Origin: Rebecca billardiae RCC1528
Lineage: Eukaryota; Protista; Haptophyta
Assembly: GCA_965240325.2 (NCBI GenBank)
Contig: OZ251222.1
Coordinates: 2,852,001 to 2,916,000 of the forward strand
Reading direction: 5' to 3'
Length of the DNA stretch: 64,000 nt
Below are positions 33,214-46,288 of this stretch, piece after piece. The notes under the pieces are model-generated. The model did no database searches, was not told the DNA's origin, and saw nothing but the letters and a program-made list of their open reading frames with translations. How positions within the stretch are numbered: the stretch's first letter is position 1; the number at the start of each line of letters is the position of its first letter. The position numbers and the translations under genes were made by a program.

Positions 33214-34200
33214 CTACGAACGCAGTGGCATGGGGCCAGCGGACACCGATGGCTGCCAACGAGCTTCGGCGCCCTGTGACAAGACCGATACGGCCCTGGC
33301 CGAGGGCCGAGGGCTTGAGCCGCGCAGCACGGCATCAGCGGCGTCCGCGCACTGCGAGTACTCCAACGCAGCCCCGCCAGCCAGCAGCAGCGCGTCCCGC
33401 CAGCGCTCATCGCACCCCAGCGAGTGCAGGTAGTCGTCGACACCGCCGTGCTCGCGCTCCAGCCACTCGAGCGTCTCGACCATCGCGTGGGGCGGGGAGC
33501 CGCGGAGCGCGGTCCAGTCAACGCCGGTGTCGCCGCCGCCTCGCGGCAGAGGCGCGCCGTCGAGCAGCTTCTCCGACTTGGCGTAGGCGCGCACGATGGA
33601 GCGCTGGTCGTCGTTGGCCGCGTGCTGCACGAGCGCAGCCAGCACGCCGGTGCGGTCCTTGCCGTGCGCGCAGTGGAAGAGAACGGCGCCGGAGCTCAGC
33701 CCTGCGCCGAGCTCGCGCATCGCTGTGGCCCATGCGTGAGAAGCGATGGCAAGCATCGCCGTATTCAGCAGCGCGTTGCCGCCGCGGGACACCTCGTCGT
33801 ACAGCAGGCGCGTGAGCCGCTGCCCGTCAACACACCGCCACAGGAACGCCTCCGCCGCGCGGGTGGGCGGCAGCCGCCGTTCCACCTCATCGAAGAACGC
33901 GTCGACGTCCCTCAAGATGGGCACATGCACACGCTGGATCTCCTCCTCCTCGAATGCCTGCCACAGCGCTTCGCCGCCGGACGATGCCTTGGCGCGTGCC
34001 CGGGCCACCTCGTCGCTGTTGCGCAGATCAATGACAGTGCGCACTTGCCTGGAGCGGAGCTCGTCGAGGCCGCTGTGCGTGATGTGGTCGAGAGCGGCCG
34101 AACGGTACACCCGCGGCAGCGACGGGCTCACCGCGCGGAAGTTCTGCACGCCGCTCACCGCCGCCGACGCGAGGCAGAGGGCGGAGACGCTTGGAAGCAT
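33214..34200 (-). CDS. Protein tyrosine/dual-specificity phosphatase, PtpB/Y_phosphatase3 family
   Basis: VQNFR, VYRSA, VIDLRNSDE, P-loop FHCAHGKDRTG, HGGVDDYL. Confidence 0.92.
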   Translation of the reverse strand: MLPSVSALCLASAAVSGVQNFRAVSPSLPRVYRSAALDHITHSGLDELRSRQVRTVIDLRNSDEVARARAKASSGGEALWQAFEEEEIQRVHVPILRDVDAFFDEVERRLPPTRAAEAFLWRCVDGQRLTRLLYDEVSRGGNALLNTAMLAIASHAWATAMRELGAGLSSGAVLFHCAHGKDRTGVLAALVQHAANDDQRSIVRAYAKSEKLLDGAPLPRGGGDTGVDWTALRGSPPHAMVETLEWLEREHGGVDDYLHSLGCDERWRDALLLAGGAALEYSQCADAADAVLRGSSPRPSARAVSVLSQGAEARWQPSVSAGPMPLRS

Positions 34201-34449
34201 CGCGCGAGTCGGCGGGGCCGGCTGCTGCAAGACGCGCGGGACGGGGAATCTTTTGCCGGTCCGATGCGCCCGAACCGGTACGCATCAGATATCCCGACGA
34301 GATAAAAGAGCGATCTCTCGGGCGGAGATCGCGATGATGGCGATTTCTGATCTCCGCCCCTGCTCAAGAACTACTGCTACGACTCTAAGCAGACCACAGA
34401 TGAGGCGGCTCCTAGCTAGGCTGAATCCCACACGCGGCGGCGCCGAGGC

Positions 34450-36972
34450 TCACGCACCGCCCGACGAGGGCGCGCAGTCCAGCAGCGCCTCCACCTGCTC
34501 CGGCGCGTGCAGCGTGATCCGAGGCTCGGTCGCGGCGTATCCGTTGGCGGCGTCCGAGACGGCCTCGTGCAGCGAGCGGTGCGCGAGCGCGACGTTGTGG
34601 CTGACGGCGCGGACGGCCGACTGGCGCAGGTCGACGTCGGCCACGCGCTCGCAGTGCGGCATGAGCGAGCCCGCCGCCGGGCTGAACACGAGCGCGTAGA
34701 AGGTGCGCATGAGCGCCCCGACCGCGGCCGGCTCGAGCCCGGGGATGGTGGCCAGCTGCACGCTCGGCTGCGCGCGCGCCGTCTGCAGCGCCGCCAGCTT
34801 CTCGGCGAGGCCGCACTTGCGGAAGATCGCGCTGGTCTCCTCCTCGACGAGCGCGTCGCGAAGCGCCGCCGCCTCCTCGCGCAGCGCGCGGGCGCGCGGC
34901 GCACACTCCGTCTGCGCCAGCTCGGCAGCCGGGCCGGCCGCGGCCGCGCCGGCCGTGCGCCCCGGCGCCGCGCTCGCCACCGGCAGAGGGGGCGGTGGCG
35001 CGTGCGCAGCCACCTCCAGCGCCGCCGCTATGGCGACGAGGCAGTTGAGGCGGAACACGAGCTGGTCGGCGGGTGCGAGCGCAGCCACGCCCCGCGCGCG
35101 CCCGAGCGCGATGGCCTCGACCGCCTCGCGCGCCGTGCGCACGGTGAGCTCGACCGCGGAGCGCGCGCGCGCGGCGCACTCGGCCGCGGGTGCGTCCGGC
35201 ACTGTCTCGCACGCGCGCACGATGGCCACCGCGCCGCTCAGCGCGTCGGTGAGCGCCGTCGGGCAGGAGAGGTCGTGCGGGCACGGCGGCGGCGAGCGCT
35301 CGATCCAGCCAAGCGCGCGCCTCAGCCGCTCGTCGCACGCGGCGCGCGCGCGCGTCGCGCAGCGCTCGAGCGCGCTCGCAAGCGCGGGCTCACCCGCCGT
35401 CGCGCGGGCGGGCGTCTCAGCTCGCGCGCTCGGCGTGGCGGCCGAGGGGAGCTCGGAGCCGGGCGAGGCGAGCCCCGGCGTGGCGGGCGAGGCCTCGCCC
35501 GCCCGCGCCTCCTCGCCCGCGGCGCGGGCCTCGCCGCGCCCGGCGCCAAGCAGCGCGCCGAAGCGCAGGGCGTGCGCGCCGAGCGTGAGCGCCAGCCACT
35601 CGAACTGAGCGACCGAGGCGACGCGCGGGATGGCGCTGCCGCCCACCGCCTCGGTGGGCGCCGCCGAGCCGGAGGTGAGCGCGGCGTTGATACGCAGCTC
35701 GAGCGCGCGGGAGACGCGCTCGAGGGCGAGCGTGAGCGCCACGGGCAGCGCCGCCTCCACCGCGCTCGCTACCGACGCATTCGCGGGCGGCGGCACGCCC
35801 GCGGTGAGCGCGTGCGCGGACGTCGACACGCCTCCGGCCGCCGCGGCCGCCGCCTCGGCGCGCGCCGCCGAGTTGGACGCGGCGCCCGCGGCGGCCAGGT
35901 CGCAGAGGGAGCGCAGCTTCTCGCGCTCGGCGAGCGCGGCGGCATGCACCCACGCGAGCATGTCGGCCACGTACTGCGGCGGGTCCGCCGCCGCCAGCTC
36001 GATCGGCTGCGCCTTACCCGTCGGGCCGCCGCCCACGGTGAGCGCGCGCTCAAAAGCGGCCGCGAGCAACGGCGCGCGCGCGCTGCCGAGCTCGCGCACG
36101 CACGAGGCGAGGAGGGAGGGCGCGCTCGCGAGCACGGCGAGGGCGCGCGCGAACACGCCATCCGCCGGCGGGCCGGCGCCGCCGTCGAGCGCGCGCGCGT
36201 TCGCGCCGAGCCAGCGGTACAGCAGCCTGTGGCCGCGCTCCTGCCACCGGCCCATCTCCGCTAGCAGCTCTGCGCCGACCGTCGGCTGCTGCCCGGCCTG
36301 CTGCAGCTCGGAGGCGCGCTCGGTGAGCTCGGAGAGGCGGTCCATCACGCGGAGCACCGCCCCGATGTCCGGCTCGCCCGCCTTCGAGCCCGCGCCCGCC
36401 GGCGCCGCCGTGAGCAGCGCCTTCTCCTCCTCGGACAGCTCGAACCGCTCCAGGAAGTTGGTGATGGCGGCGCGCCGCTCCTTGTTCGCGCGGATCGAGG
36501 CGGAGGCCGAGGCGGCGTGCTCGACGAGGAGCTTGGAGGAGGACTTGATCGCCTGCAGCCGCGCCGTCATCGCGCCAATGTCCTTCGACGCGGCCGTGAC
36601 GTCCTCGCTCACACCCTCGAGCAGCTGCGGCGCGGCACCGCGGGAGGGGGCGGGGCGCCGCCGTGTTGGCCGGGCGCGTGGGCATCGACGTAGCGTCAGC
36701 GGATGGAGGGCGCGGCGCAGGCGCTGCTCGAATCACCGAGTGCGCGCGGCGCGCGCGCGCACCTGGCTCAGCCCGTCGAAGGTCTGCAGGAATTGCTCGT
36801 TGATCTCGACACTGCGCTGCTCGATCGCGCCGCGCAGCGTGCGCCGGTCCTCGTGGGGCGCGAGCGATGGCGAGTGGAAGTCCGTCAAGGCGCGCAGCGA
36901 GTTGAGCACACCCGGCTCGTCCGTGCGCAGGCTTTGCAGCCTCTTCAGCCGGAGCTGCACGGTCGTGTTCAT
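34450..36972 (-). CDS. COG6: Conserved oligomeric Golgi complex subunit 6; intron 36625-36762
   Basis: RRTLRGAIEQRSVEINEQFL, FLERFELSEEE, RLLYRW, PIELAAADPPQYVADMLAWVH, C-terminal HAPEQVEALL. Confidence 0.88.
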
Positions 36973-37539
36973 GCTGACCACAAACCCCACCAACGCACGA
37001 TGGCGAACGACCTCGCGTCGTCAGATCCAGCAGGGCCAGCCGCGGCGGTAATTGTCGTACTGGTTGTTACTTGTAGTAGAGTTGTGGGAGCTGATGACAA
37101 TCATGTTCCTACCATACAGTAGCAGCAGTCGTAGATAGTCTGCGTCAGAGTCGCTTCTGCTCGCCATAGGCTTCTCGCTCGTGTAGCTTAGACAGAGCAC
37201 CGATCGGCGATGCGCACGGCGCACGATATGAAAGCCCTCGCCTGAAGTGTGGGCGCGGTCAAACCCGCGCCGTCGCCGTGCCGCGTGCGGTGACAGACTC
37301 CGCGTCACGCGGACTGACAATCGGCCAGCATGCCCAGCAGCTAGCATGTGCATGTGCTCCCCGGAGCGATTGGCCGAGTTGAGGGCTCGCCAGAAGATCA
37401 GCGCGGCGTTGCGAGGTCCACCCGTGGCGTATGGATGCTAACTGCTCCCCCTGGTAGCGGGCTGCGGCCCAGCCACCACATTCCGCCCTCCGTGTGCTCG
37501 TGCCGGGAGGTCGGGAGCATCAGCATGGCCTCGTTCCGC

Positions 37540-37812
37540 CTACATGTACTCGCGCTGCCGCTCCTCCTTCTTGTCCATGGCCTGCATCTCGGACTTGATC
37601 GCGAAGTAGATGCCGACGGGAATGACGAGGCCGAAGATAAAGCCGCCCCATGCGTGCTTCGCGGGCTTGAAGTAGTACTGGTACGATTCACGGTGCTTGC
37701 TCCACATCTCGACGTTGTGCAGCTTCTTCGCGTCCATCCCGCGGAACACGGAAGGGTTCCACTTCTTGAAGGGCACGTCGCCGACGCTGCTGCGAGCATC
37801 TGCGCCCCCCAT
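37540..37812 (-). CDS. NDUFB4: Mitochondrial complex I B15/NDUFB4-like subunit
   Basis: 90 aa. VEMW..HRE....F plus a single TM (FIFGLVIPVGIY) and a C-terminal D.....R.Y tail, like plant/algal B15. Confidence 0.7.
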   Translation of the reverse strand: MGGADARSSVGDVPFKKWNPSVFRGMDAKKLHNVEMWSKHRESYQYYFKPAKHAWGGFIFGLVIPVGIYFAIKSEMQAMDKKEERQREYM

Positions 37813-38367
37813 CCTCCTCGCGCTGACCGACCGTCGGATCGAAGCCGGACGCGCCGCGCGACCGCCGAGCCCTGTGTCGCACAGCCGGTGCTGCCAGCCG
37901 TGGAGTCGGGCCTCGCAGTGCTCGCTGCTGTCGCCTCCCTGGCCGGGCTCGCCTCCGCGAGAGTCGCGCGCGCGCATCAAATCTCGCCACGAAAGACCAA
38001 GCAAAACGCGGACGAGATTACTGCGGCAACCTCGGTTTCAGCCAATGAGGTTGCTTGCTGGTGTAGTTCGGCCTCCGGACCGGACACGCTTGGTGACAAG
38101 GAGCCAAGGAGCGGCCCCGTCGCTTGCAGATTGGCTCAAGCTGTGTGCGGCTGTGCGCGACGCAACAAGGGGGTCGAGGAGGGTGGCGGAGGCCCTCCTT
38201 ACCCGCTTCCTTCAGAGCTCGCGCAGCAAGGGCCCCGGCGCGCACGAGCTCCGACGAGGCGCACGCGCGGGCAGTCGGGCGTCACCGGCTCGCGCGTCAC
38301 AGCGCCCCCGCGCCCACCTCCCTTTCCGCCCGCGCCCTCGGCGCGGTCGAAGGCCGCCGAGCTCGCC

Positions 38368-39772
38368 ATGCCGGCGCCACACAATGAGTGCATGTGCGCG
38401 CAGTGCAAGGATGCCTGCATGAAGCGCAACGAGAAGCGCTCGCACGAGCTCGCGCTGAAGCGCATCGCCGAGGCGTGGAACTCGGCGCGCGTCGCGGTGC
38501 ACACCTTCGTGCAGGAGCACCTCGAGCGCGAGGCGCGCAAGGCGGAGCTGCGGGCGATCGCGCTCCGCCTCACCACCGCCGAGCAGAGCGGCGCGTACGC
38601 GAGACGCACGCGGCCGCTGGCCGAGCTGGCCGAGGAGTACGCGCGCACACAGACCGACGGCGCCGCGTGCCCGCCCGGCCTGCGCGCCGAGCCGCTCGTC
38701 GACGGCGCGCGCGTCGCCGAGTGGCACGAGGCCGTGCGCGGCCTCGCGCCCAACTCCGGCCACCAGCTGCTGCGCATGCTGCCGCTGGCGGTGCGCACGG
38801 AGACGGAGCGGGACGAGGCGGCGCTCGTGTACGTGCTGTACCACCTCGAGTGCATGCTCTTCGTCCTCTCCGGCTGCACCGAGGAGCACGCGCTCCCGTT
38901 CGCCGCGTGGCTGCCGCCGCTCGACCCGCGCTTCCGGCTGCGCGGGCCGCTGTGCGACATCCTCGCGCGCGCGCTCGCGGAGGAGGGCGGCGCGGGGTTC
39001 GCGCCGGTGCTCTCGGAGTACGCGGACTCGGAGGAGGAGCTCGCCGCGCGGCTGGACGGCTGGACCATCGCGCACGCCGCCGCCGCGCGCGCCTTCACCG
39101 AGCGCGTCGAGGCGATCGTCGACTCGGGGCTCGGCCAGGGCGGTCTGCTGGACGCGCGCTCGGCGGTCGGCGAGCTCCCGATCTCGGTGATGCCGACGTG
39201 CGGGAACAAGGCGTGCCGCTGCCGCGACTCGGAGAACGCGAAGACGCGGCCGTGCGAGTCGTACGACGCCGCGTACAAGCTGCGCTGGCGCCTCGGCCGC
39301 GCGCTCGACGAGCCGCCCGGCGTGGGCGCCGCGTTCAAGACGCTGGCGCTCGAGACGTGCCGCGTGCTGTACGAGGTGCTGCGCTGGGTGCTGGTGCACA
39401 TGATGGCGTCGGTGTTCCTGTCGATCGTGTACAACCGGATCGTGTCGGAGCGCTCGCCGTCGTTCCAGTCCCGCCTCGAGGCGCACGCCGCGCGCCGCCT
39501 CGCCGCGCGCAAGGCGGTCGACGCCGCGTACGCCGACGCGCGCGCCGAGCTGTGCTCAGCGCTTGACGCGCGCGCGCTCTCGGCAACCGTTGACGTTGTG
39601 GGCTCGCTCGACATGCTGAGCGCGGCGTCGGGGGCGGCGGAGGGCGAGGAGGGCGGCGAGAGCGAGGAGGAGTGGGCGGACGCGCTGGTCGACGCGAGCG
39701 CCGCGCCGCTCGACGCCACCGCCACCTCCGCCCTCGCCGCCATCGACCACGACCTGTCGATGCTCGCAGAGC

Positions 39773-39839
<67 letters not shown>

Positions 39840-42800
39840 GCGCGACGCGCGCGCGAGCGCGCTGCACGGCGCGCGCGAGCGGTACGTGAGGCGTTTCGGC
39901 GCGCGGTGCAAGCTGCGCGAGATGCTCGAGGTGCTCGGCGGCGCGCACGCCTCCGCGCACGTCGAGTCCTCCGTGCCCACGCTGCCGGGCGCACGGCTCG
40001 ACCTGCTCTACCTTGTCGCACGCTCGGTGCACGCGCTCAGCGCCGCGGCCAGCCTCTTCGAAGACGCGCGCGTGGTCGCCGCGGCCGCGCGCGCGGCGAC
40101 GCTGGAGCGGATCGAGGACGACGGGCTCGCGGCGGAGGACGCCGACGCGGCCGCCGCCGCGGTGTGGGCCAAGGCGCGCGCGCGCGTCTCCGCCGTCGAC
40201 GCCGAGCTGAGCGCGACCGAAGGCGCGCTGCACCTGCGCACGCGCCAGCTCTCGGCACTCAGCACGCTCAGCGGCGGCGGCGCGCTCGCCGGCTTCGCGC
40301 AGAGCGCGCTCGCCGCGGCGGTGGGCGGCGGCGGCGGCGGCGCGGCCGCGGCCGCGCCGGACGACCGGCACAAGCACGCGCGCCGCCGCGCCTCGCGCGA
40401 CCCCGCGCTGCTGCTGCCGCCCCTCCGCTTCCGCGTGGGAGACCGCGTCGAGATGCCGATGAACGTGCACCGCGACATGGGCGCGGGCGGCGGCTACGGC
40501 TGGGCGGAGGACACGAGCGCGGCGGGCGCGGCGAACGCGACGACGGGGACGACGGCCGCGTCGATCGCGTACGCGCTCAACGAGGTCGACTCGGGCGGCA
40601 CGTACTGGTCCCGCGGCCGCGTCACGCACACACACTACATCAACCCGCAGTGGCCCGCCGGCCGGCCGGAGGCGCTCTACCAAGTCGAGCTGGACGATGG
40701 GCGCGTGTTCTGCGTGTGGGAGGACGTGGACTCGTGCGTGCGCGTGGCGGACGACGCGCCGCCGTCGCAGCGGCAGCGCGTCGACCGGCTCTCCGAGCGC
40801 GGCATGCAGCCCGCCTCCGCGCTCGCGCCGCTCCCCGCGCCCAAGCAGCGCGAGGACCGCGCCGCCTCGCGCGACGACGCGCGCGCGCGCACGTGCGCGG
40901 GCGCGGTGGCGTGGGCCGCGCCGCGGCTCTCCGGCTTCTGGGCGGTGGACGACGCGTGGACGGACGCGGACGAGGTGGCCTCGCTGCGCTCGCAGATGTC
41001 CACCGTCGAGACCGCGCTCGCGTGCGTGCAGGCCGCGCGCGGCATGCTGCTGCTGCAGCTCGCGCCGCACGCCGAGCGCCGACCGGCCGCGCTGCGCGCG
41101 CGCGCCGCCGACGGCGCCGCCGACGCGGCCGACGGCGGCGGCGGCGGCGGCGGCGTGGTGAGCGCGGTGGGCGCGGCGGCGCGCGGCGGCGGCACCGGCG
41201 GCACCGGCGGCGCGGCCGAGCGCGCGCTCCTCTCCGCGCGCGTGTGCCGTGCAGCAGAGGTCCTCCTCGGCGTGCGCGACCTGGAGTCCCACCTTCGCTC
41301 CTACTACGTGACGGCGGGCTCGGGCGCGCGCGCGGCCGGCGACGTGCGCGCGCTGCGCGAGGCGCGCTCGCTCAGCGGCAGCGGCGCGCCGGCGTACATG
41401 GCGTGGCTGGCGATCGCGACGGTCGCGGCGGGCGTGGTCACCGCGGTCGCGCGCGCGCGCGCCGAGAGCGCCCCGCCCACCGCCGACGAGCTCGACCCCG
41501 ACACTGACGCTTCGAGCGCGCTCGCGCCGCCGGGGGCGGGCGGCGGCGGCGCGGCGGGCGGCGGCGCGGCGCTCGCGGCGCGCGCGCGCGCGGACGGCGG
41601 CGCGGCGCTCGCGCCGCCCGACCTCGCCGACGCGTTCGACGACGCGCCGGTGGCGGACGACATTGTCGTCGCGCTGCACGCGCAGCTCCTCCGCGCCTGC
41701 GCCTCCGAGTGCGCGCACGCCGTGACGCGCGCGGACGGCCTGCACGGCGCAGCGCCCGGCCTCGAGCAATTGCGCCAGCTGGCGGCGCTGCGCTGGCTGA
41801 GCGCGGCCGCGGCCGAGCACGGGTCGGAGGTGGCGCGGCTCGCGGCGGACGGCGCGGCGGGCGGCGCGGCGGGCGCGGCGGGCGGCCCCGCCGCGCTGCG
41901 CGCCGCCGCGCGCGCGCGCGCCCTCGCGCGCGCCGTCTCCTCCATCGTGGCGTTTGTGGCGTCTGCGGACGCGTGCGCCGACACGCTCGCGGACGCGCGG
42001 CGCGTGCTCGCCGACACGGCGGCCGAGCTGAGCGCGGGGCAGTACGAGGCGCTGGCGGCGCGGCTGGCGGACGTGCGGCCGCTCGCGCCCGCGCTCGCCG
42101 ACGGCCTCGTCGGCGCGCTCCGCCGCCGCCGCACCGCCTCCGACCTCGCGCGCGCGCGCGCACACGTGCAGTCGGCGACAGAGGCGCTGGTGGCGCTCAT
42201 CAAGGGGCGCGCGTCGTCGCACGCGCGGCGCGCGAGGGCGATCGACGGCGTGCGCGCCGCGCTCGAGGCGACGGCGAGCGTGGACGGGGCGCAGCACGCG
42301 CTCGCCGAGCCGGGCGCGCCCGCCGCCGCCGACGCGCCCGACGACGCGCTCGGCGCCGGGCGCGACGAGGCGCGGCGCGCGGCGGGCGCGCTGCGCGAGG
42401 CGCGCACCGACGCGGAGGCGGCCGTTGTCGCCGCCGACCTCGCGCTGCGGCTGGAGCGCGGCCGCGCCGAGCTGGACGGCGCGGTCGCGGCGACGCGCGT
42501 CGAGCCCACCCGCCTCGCCGCCGACGCCCTCGACGCGCTCATCGCCGAGGCGCGCGAGGCGGGCGCGCGCGTCGCGTCCTTCCTGCCGTCGCCTCCGCAG
42601 TTTTACGAGAGGCTGGTGTCCCGCGCGCGCGACCAGCTTGGCGCGTGGGCGCGGCGCGACGAGGCGCAGGAGGCGCTCGACTCGCTCGTGGCGCGCGCGA
42701 ACGCGGCGGCGAGCCGGCTGGCCGCCGCGCCGCCCGCCGCCGACGCCGCCGACGCCGCCGCCGACGCGGACGGCTGCGCGGACGCGCCGCCGGCCGCGGC

Positions 42801-44139
42801 CGGCGCCGCGGGCGCGGCCGAGCACGCCGCCGCGCAGCACGCCGCGCAGGCGCTGGCCGGCGAGCTGCACAAGGCGGTGGAGGGCGCGGCGGAGGCGGGC
42901 GCGAGCACGGAGCCGGCGCGGCGCGCGCTCAAGCGCCTCCAGAAGGAAGTCACGTCGCGCGCGCTCGCCGCCGAGCTCGCCGTGTGCTACGACGAGCCGC
43001 GTCTGACTGCGCTGCTGCAGCGCGCGGCCGAGCTCAAGCTGGGCGGGGCGCGCTCGGGGCGGCAGCGGCTGCAGCTGCTGCAGCTCGCGCGCACGCTGGG
43101 CGACGCGCTGCGCCAGCCGGGCGAGGGCGGCGCGCGCAAGGGCTCGGCGAGCGCCGGCTCCGCCGCGAGCGCCGCCGCCGCCGCCCCCGCGCCGCCCGCG
43201 CCGCCGAGCAGCGCGCAGGCGGCGCGCGTGCGCAAGGCCCTGGAGAGTCACGCCGCGGCAGTCGCGCTGCTCGACCGCCGGCCGGGCGCGGGCGGCGGGG
43301 CGGAGGGCGGCGGCGCGGGCGGCGCGGGCGGCGCGGGCGGCGCGAACGGCGCGAACGGCGCGAACGGCGCGCGCGGCGCGCACGCCGGCCGCGCCGCCAA
43401 GCCCGACGGCGACGGGCCCACGCCCGACGGCGCGAAGCGCGCGGACGCGCGCGGCGCGGGCGGCGGCGCGGACGGCGTCCAGCACGACGCGCCCGCCACC
43501 TCCGGCGCCTCCTCCTCCTCCTCCGTCTCCTCCGCGGCGTCGTCGCCGTCGCCGCTCGGCGCGCCCGAGCGCGAGGACGACGGCCGCGCGAGCTCGCCCG
43601 CCTCGCACCTCCTCGAGCGCTGCACCGCGCTGCTCGCCGAGGCGCGCGCGATGCTCGCCGCCGCGGACGAGCTCGCGCGCCGGCGAGCGGCCGAGGCAGA
43701 GGCGGAGCACGCGCGCGCGCTCGCCGCGGAGGAGGAGGCGCGGCAGCGGCGGCGGAAGGAGGAGGCGGCGGCGCAGGAGCAGGCGGCGGTGGCGAGGGCG
43801 CGCGCCGAGGCCGAGGCCGCCGCCGCCGCCGAGGCGCGCGAGCGCCAGGCCGCCGCGCGCGCGGCCGAGGAGAAGCTGAGGCGCGCTGAGGAGGCGCGCC
43901 GCGTCGCCGAGGCCAAGCGCGCCGCGCTGCAGAAGGCGCAGCTCGAGCGCGACGCGTGGCGCGCGGCGGAGGCGGCGGCGCGCAAGGCGCGGGAGGAGGA
44001 GGAGCGCAAGAAGGCCGCGGAGGCCGCCGCGTCCGCGCGCCGCGCCAAGGCGAAGGAGGACGAGGAGCGCAAGCAGAAGAGCGCCGAAGCGGACGCCAAG
44101 CCGCGCAAGGGCGGCGGCAGCGCCGGCGGAAGCGGCGGC

Positions 44140-44170
<31 letters not shown>

Positions 44171-45660
44171 TGAGCGGCGCGGAGGCGCCGGGCGCGCGAC
44201 GCCGCTCGGGTTCCGCCTCGGCCGGCGCGGCTGACGCCGGCGCCGCGCCGACGGCGCAGCAGGCCACGGCCGCCGCGGCGTTTGCGGACGCGGCGGCGGC
44301 GGCGGGCGCGGCGGGCGGCGGCGGCGCGCGCGGCGCCGGCGGCGGCGGCCGCGCCGCAAAGCAGCGGCAGCAGCAGCCGGCGCAGCCGGCGCAAGCGCAG
44401 CCGGCGCAGCCGAAGGGGCGCGCGCAGCCGCAGCTGCCGGTGCAGCCGCAGCCCACGGGCGCGCTGCCGGCGGGCTGCATGTGCGGTGCCTCCGCGGCGG
44501 CGGCGGCGGCGGTTGCGGGCGGCGGCGCCGCTCTGCACCCATCCCAGCTGCCGCAGTCGCAGTCGCTGCCGCAGCACTGGGCGGACGAGGCGGAGCCGCA
44601 CGGCGGGCTGGCCAACGGGATGGCGCGGCCGGGCGCGGACGCGGGCGTCGACGCGGACGACGAGGCGGCGCGCGAGGAGGCGCTCGTGATGGAGCTGCTG
44701 CACGCCGCGACGCACGGGCACGCGACAGCGGCGCTCGGCGCGGACGGCGCAGGCGGGCTGGAGGCCCAGCAGAGGCTCCCGGCGGCGATGGCGCTGAGCG
44801 GCTCGCGCGCGGTGGTGCAGCCGCCCGCGCACGTGCGCGCGGTCGGCGCCGCGGGCCTCGGCAGCCTCCGACACGCGCCGCCGCCGCCGGTGCCCGCGAC
44901 GGCCGTCGGCGCCAACGGCTCCCACCTGCACGCACCCATTGGTCCCGCGTGCTCGGCGGGCGCGGGCGGCGGCCAGCTCGGCGCGGCCGCCCACGCCGCC
45001 CTGCGGCACATGCCGCTGCAGCAGGGGGCGCAGGGGGCGGCGCCGCCGCACCGCGCGGCCGCGGTGCCGATCGGCACGCCGGGCGCGTCGCAGCGCGCCG
45101 TGTGCCCGCCGCCCTCCGCGGTCGGCGGCTGCGGCGCCACGGTGCCGCCGGCGTGCGCTCCTGTCAACTCCCCCAGCCTGCTGCCCTCGTGCGGTGCGGG
45201 CGCGGCGCCGCCGTGGGCGGACCTGGCGCACGAGGTGGGCCGCCCGCCCGCCCACGCGGCACCGGGGCCGCCCACCTCGGTCGCGCCGCGCTCGGCGCCG
45301 TGCGGCGTGATCGGCTCGAGCGCGGTCTCGGTGCCGACGGTGAGCACGGCGCACGAGATGCCGCGCGGCGTGCACGGACCTCCCCCGGGCTTGCAGCACG
45401 CGCATCCGGCGCCGCAGCAGCCGGGGCCGGCGCCACAGCCCATCGCCCAGCCGGTCGGCGCGCAGGCGCGGCGGCACCAGAGCGCGCACTTCGCCTCGGA
45501 GCTCGTCGCGCGCGGCTTCGACCACCGCGCGTCCATCGACGCGATGCTCGATCTCGAGATTGTGCCCAACTCGTTCACAGAGGAGGACATCGAGCGCGCC
45601 GCGCGCTGGATCACCGCCAAGGAGGCGGCCGAGGCCTCGCTCAGCTTCCTTGACGAGTGA
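38368..45660 (+). CDS. About 2430-aa Ala-rich protein with Cys clusters, SH3/Tudor-like insert, coiled coil and C-terminal UBA-like domain
   Basis: Single ORF with strong GC3 bias from ATG 38368. CMCAQC and CGNKACRC; LRFRVGDRVE...W.RGRV...WP.G....YQVELDDG; ELVARGF...DIERAARWI. Confidence 0.75.
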
Positions 45661-46288
45661 CCGAGGAGATGGACGGCAAGTACTGACCCTGGCCCAACAT
45701 CGCTCGCAGCAGCCTGGCCCCGGGCTCCTCATGGGCTGTGAGACACGGCTCTGGCACGCGTGTGGCAACTGCAAGCCGCGACAACGGACAGGGCCGACAG
45801 GCCGTGATTCACGTGATTGCGTGAGGGCCGCCGTGGGCGTGAGGCCGTGCGGCCCGTCGAGTCCTCGACGACCCGCACAATGCCATACCTCGACAGCAAT
45901 CCTACCAGTAGTGTCAGCATTGTACGCCGTGAGTGACTAGTGACGCTCACAGTGCCGGCAGCGCGCAGGCCGCCTCCACCGCCACGGGCGCCCGTGTCAC
46001 TGTTCATCAGCCGTGGTCACCGCCGGGCCGGCTTGCTGCTAATGCTACCCGCGCTACGCGAGGCAGATAAACCTGAGCGGACGGAAAATGACGCGATGAT
46101 CGGGCGGCGAAGTTTTTCCGCCGCGCGATTTCTTTTGCCGCATGTCAAACCAAAAGGGAGCGCTCGCCAGGGCGCCCAAGCTCAGCGCGCAGGCCGACGC
46201 CCGCCCCCTGTGAGGCGGACGGAGGAGGCGGCTCCGGGGGCGCGTGCAGCCCTCAGGCGACGCGCGCACAGCTCTGGGCCGCGGAGAG

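Noticed and set aside
37348-38367. N-terminal extension of the 2770-aa ORF
   Set aside because: Non-ATG start, overlaps the NDUFB4-like gene antisense, and codon bias only starts at ATG 38368.
39556-45774. 2072-aa antisense ORF and the many other long overlapping Arg/Ala-rich ORFs (e.g. 55101-58055-, 34507-36264+)
   Set aside because: Shadow frames expected from extreme GC3 bias; no motifs, and they mirror real genes.
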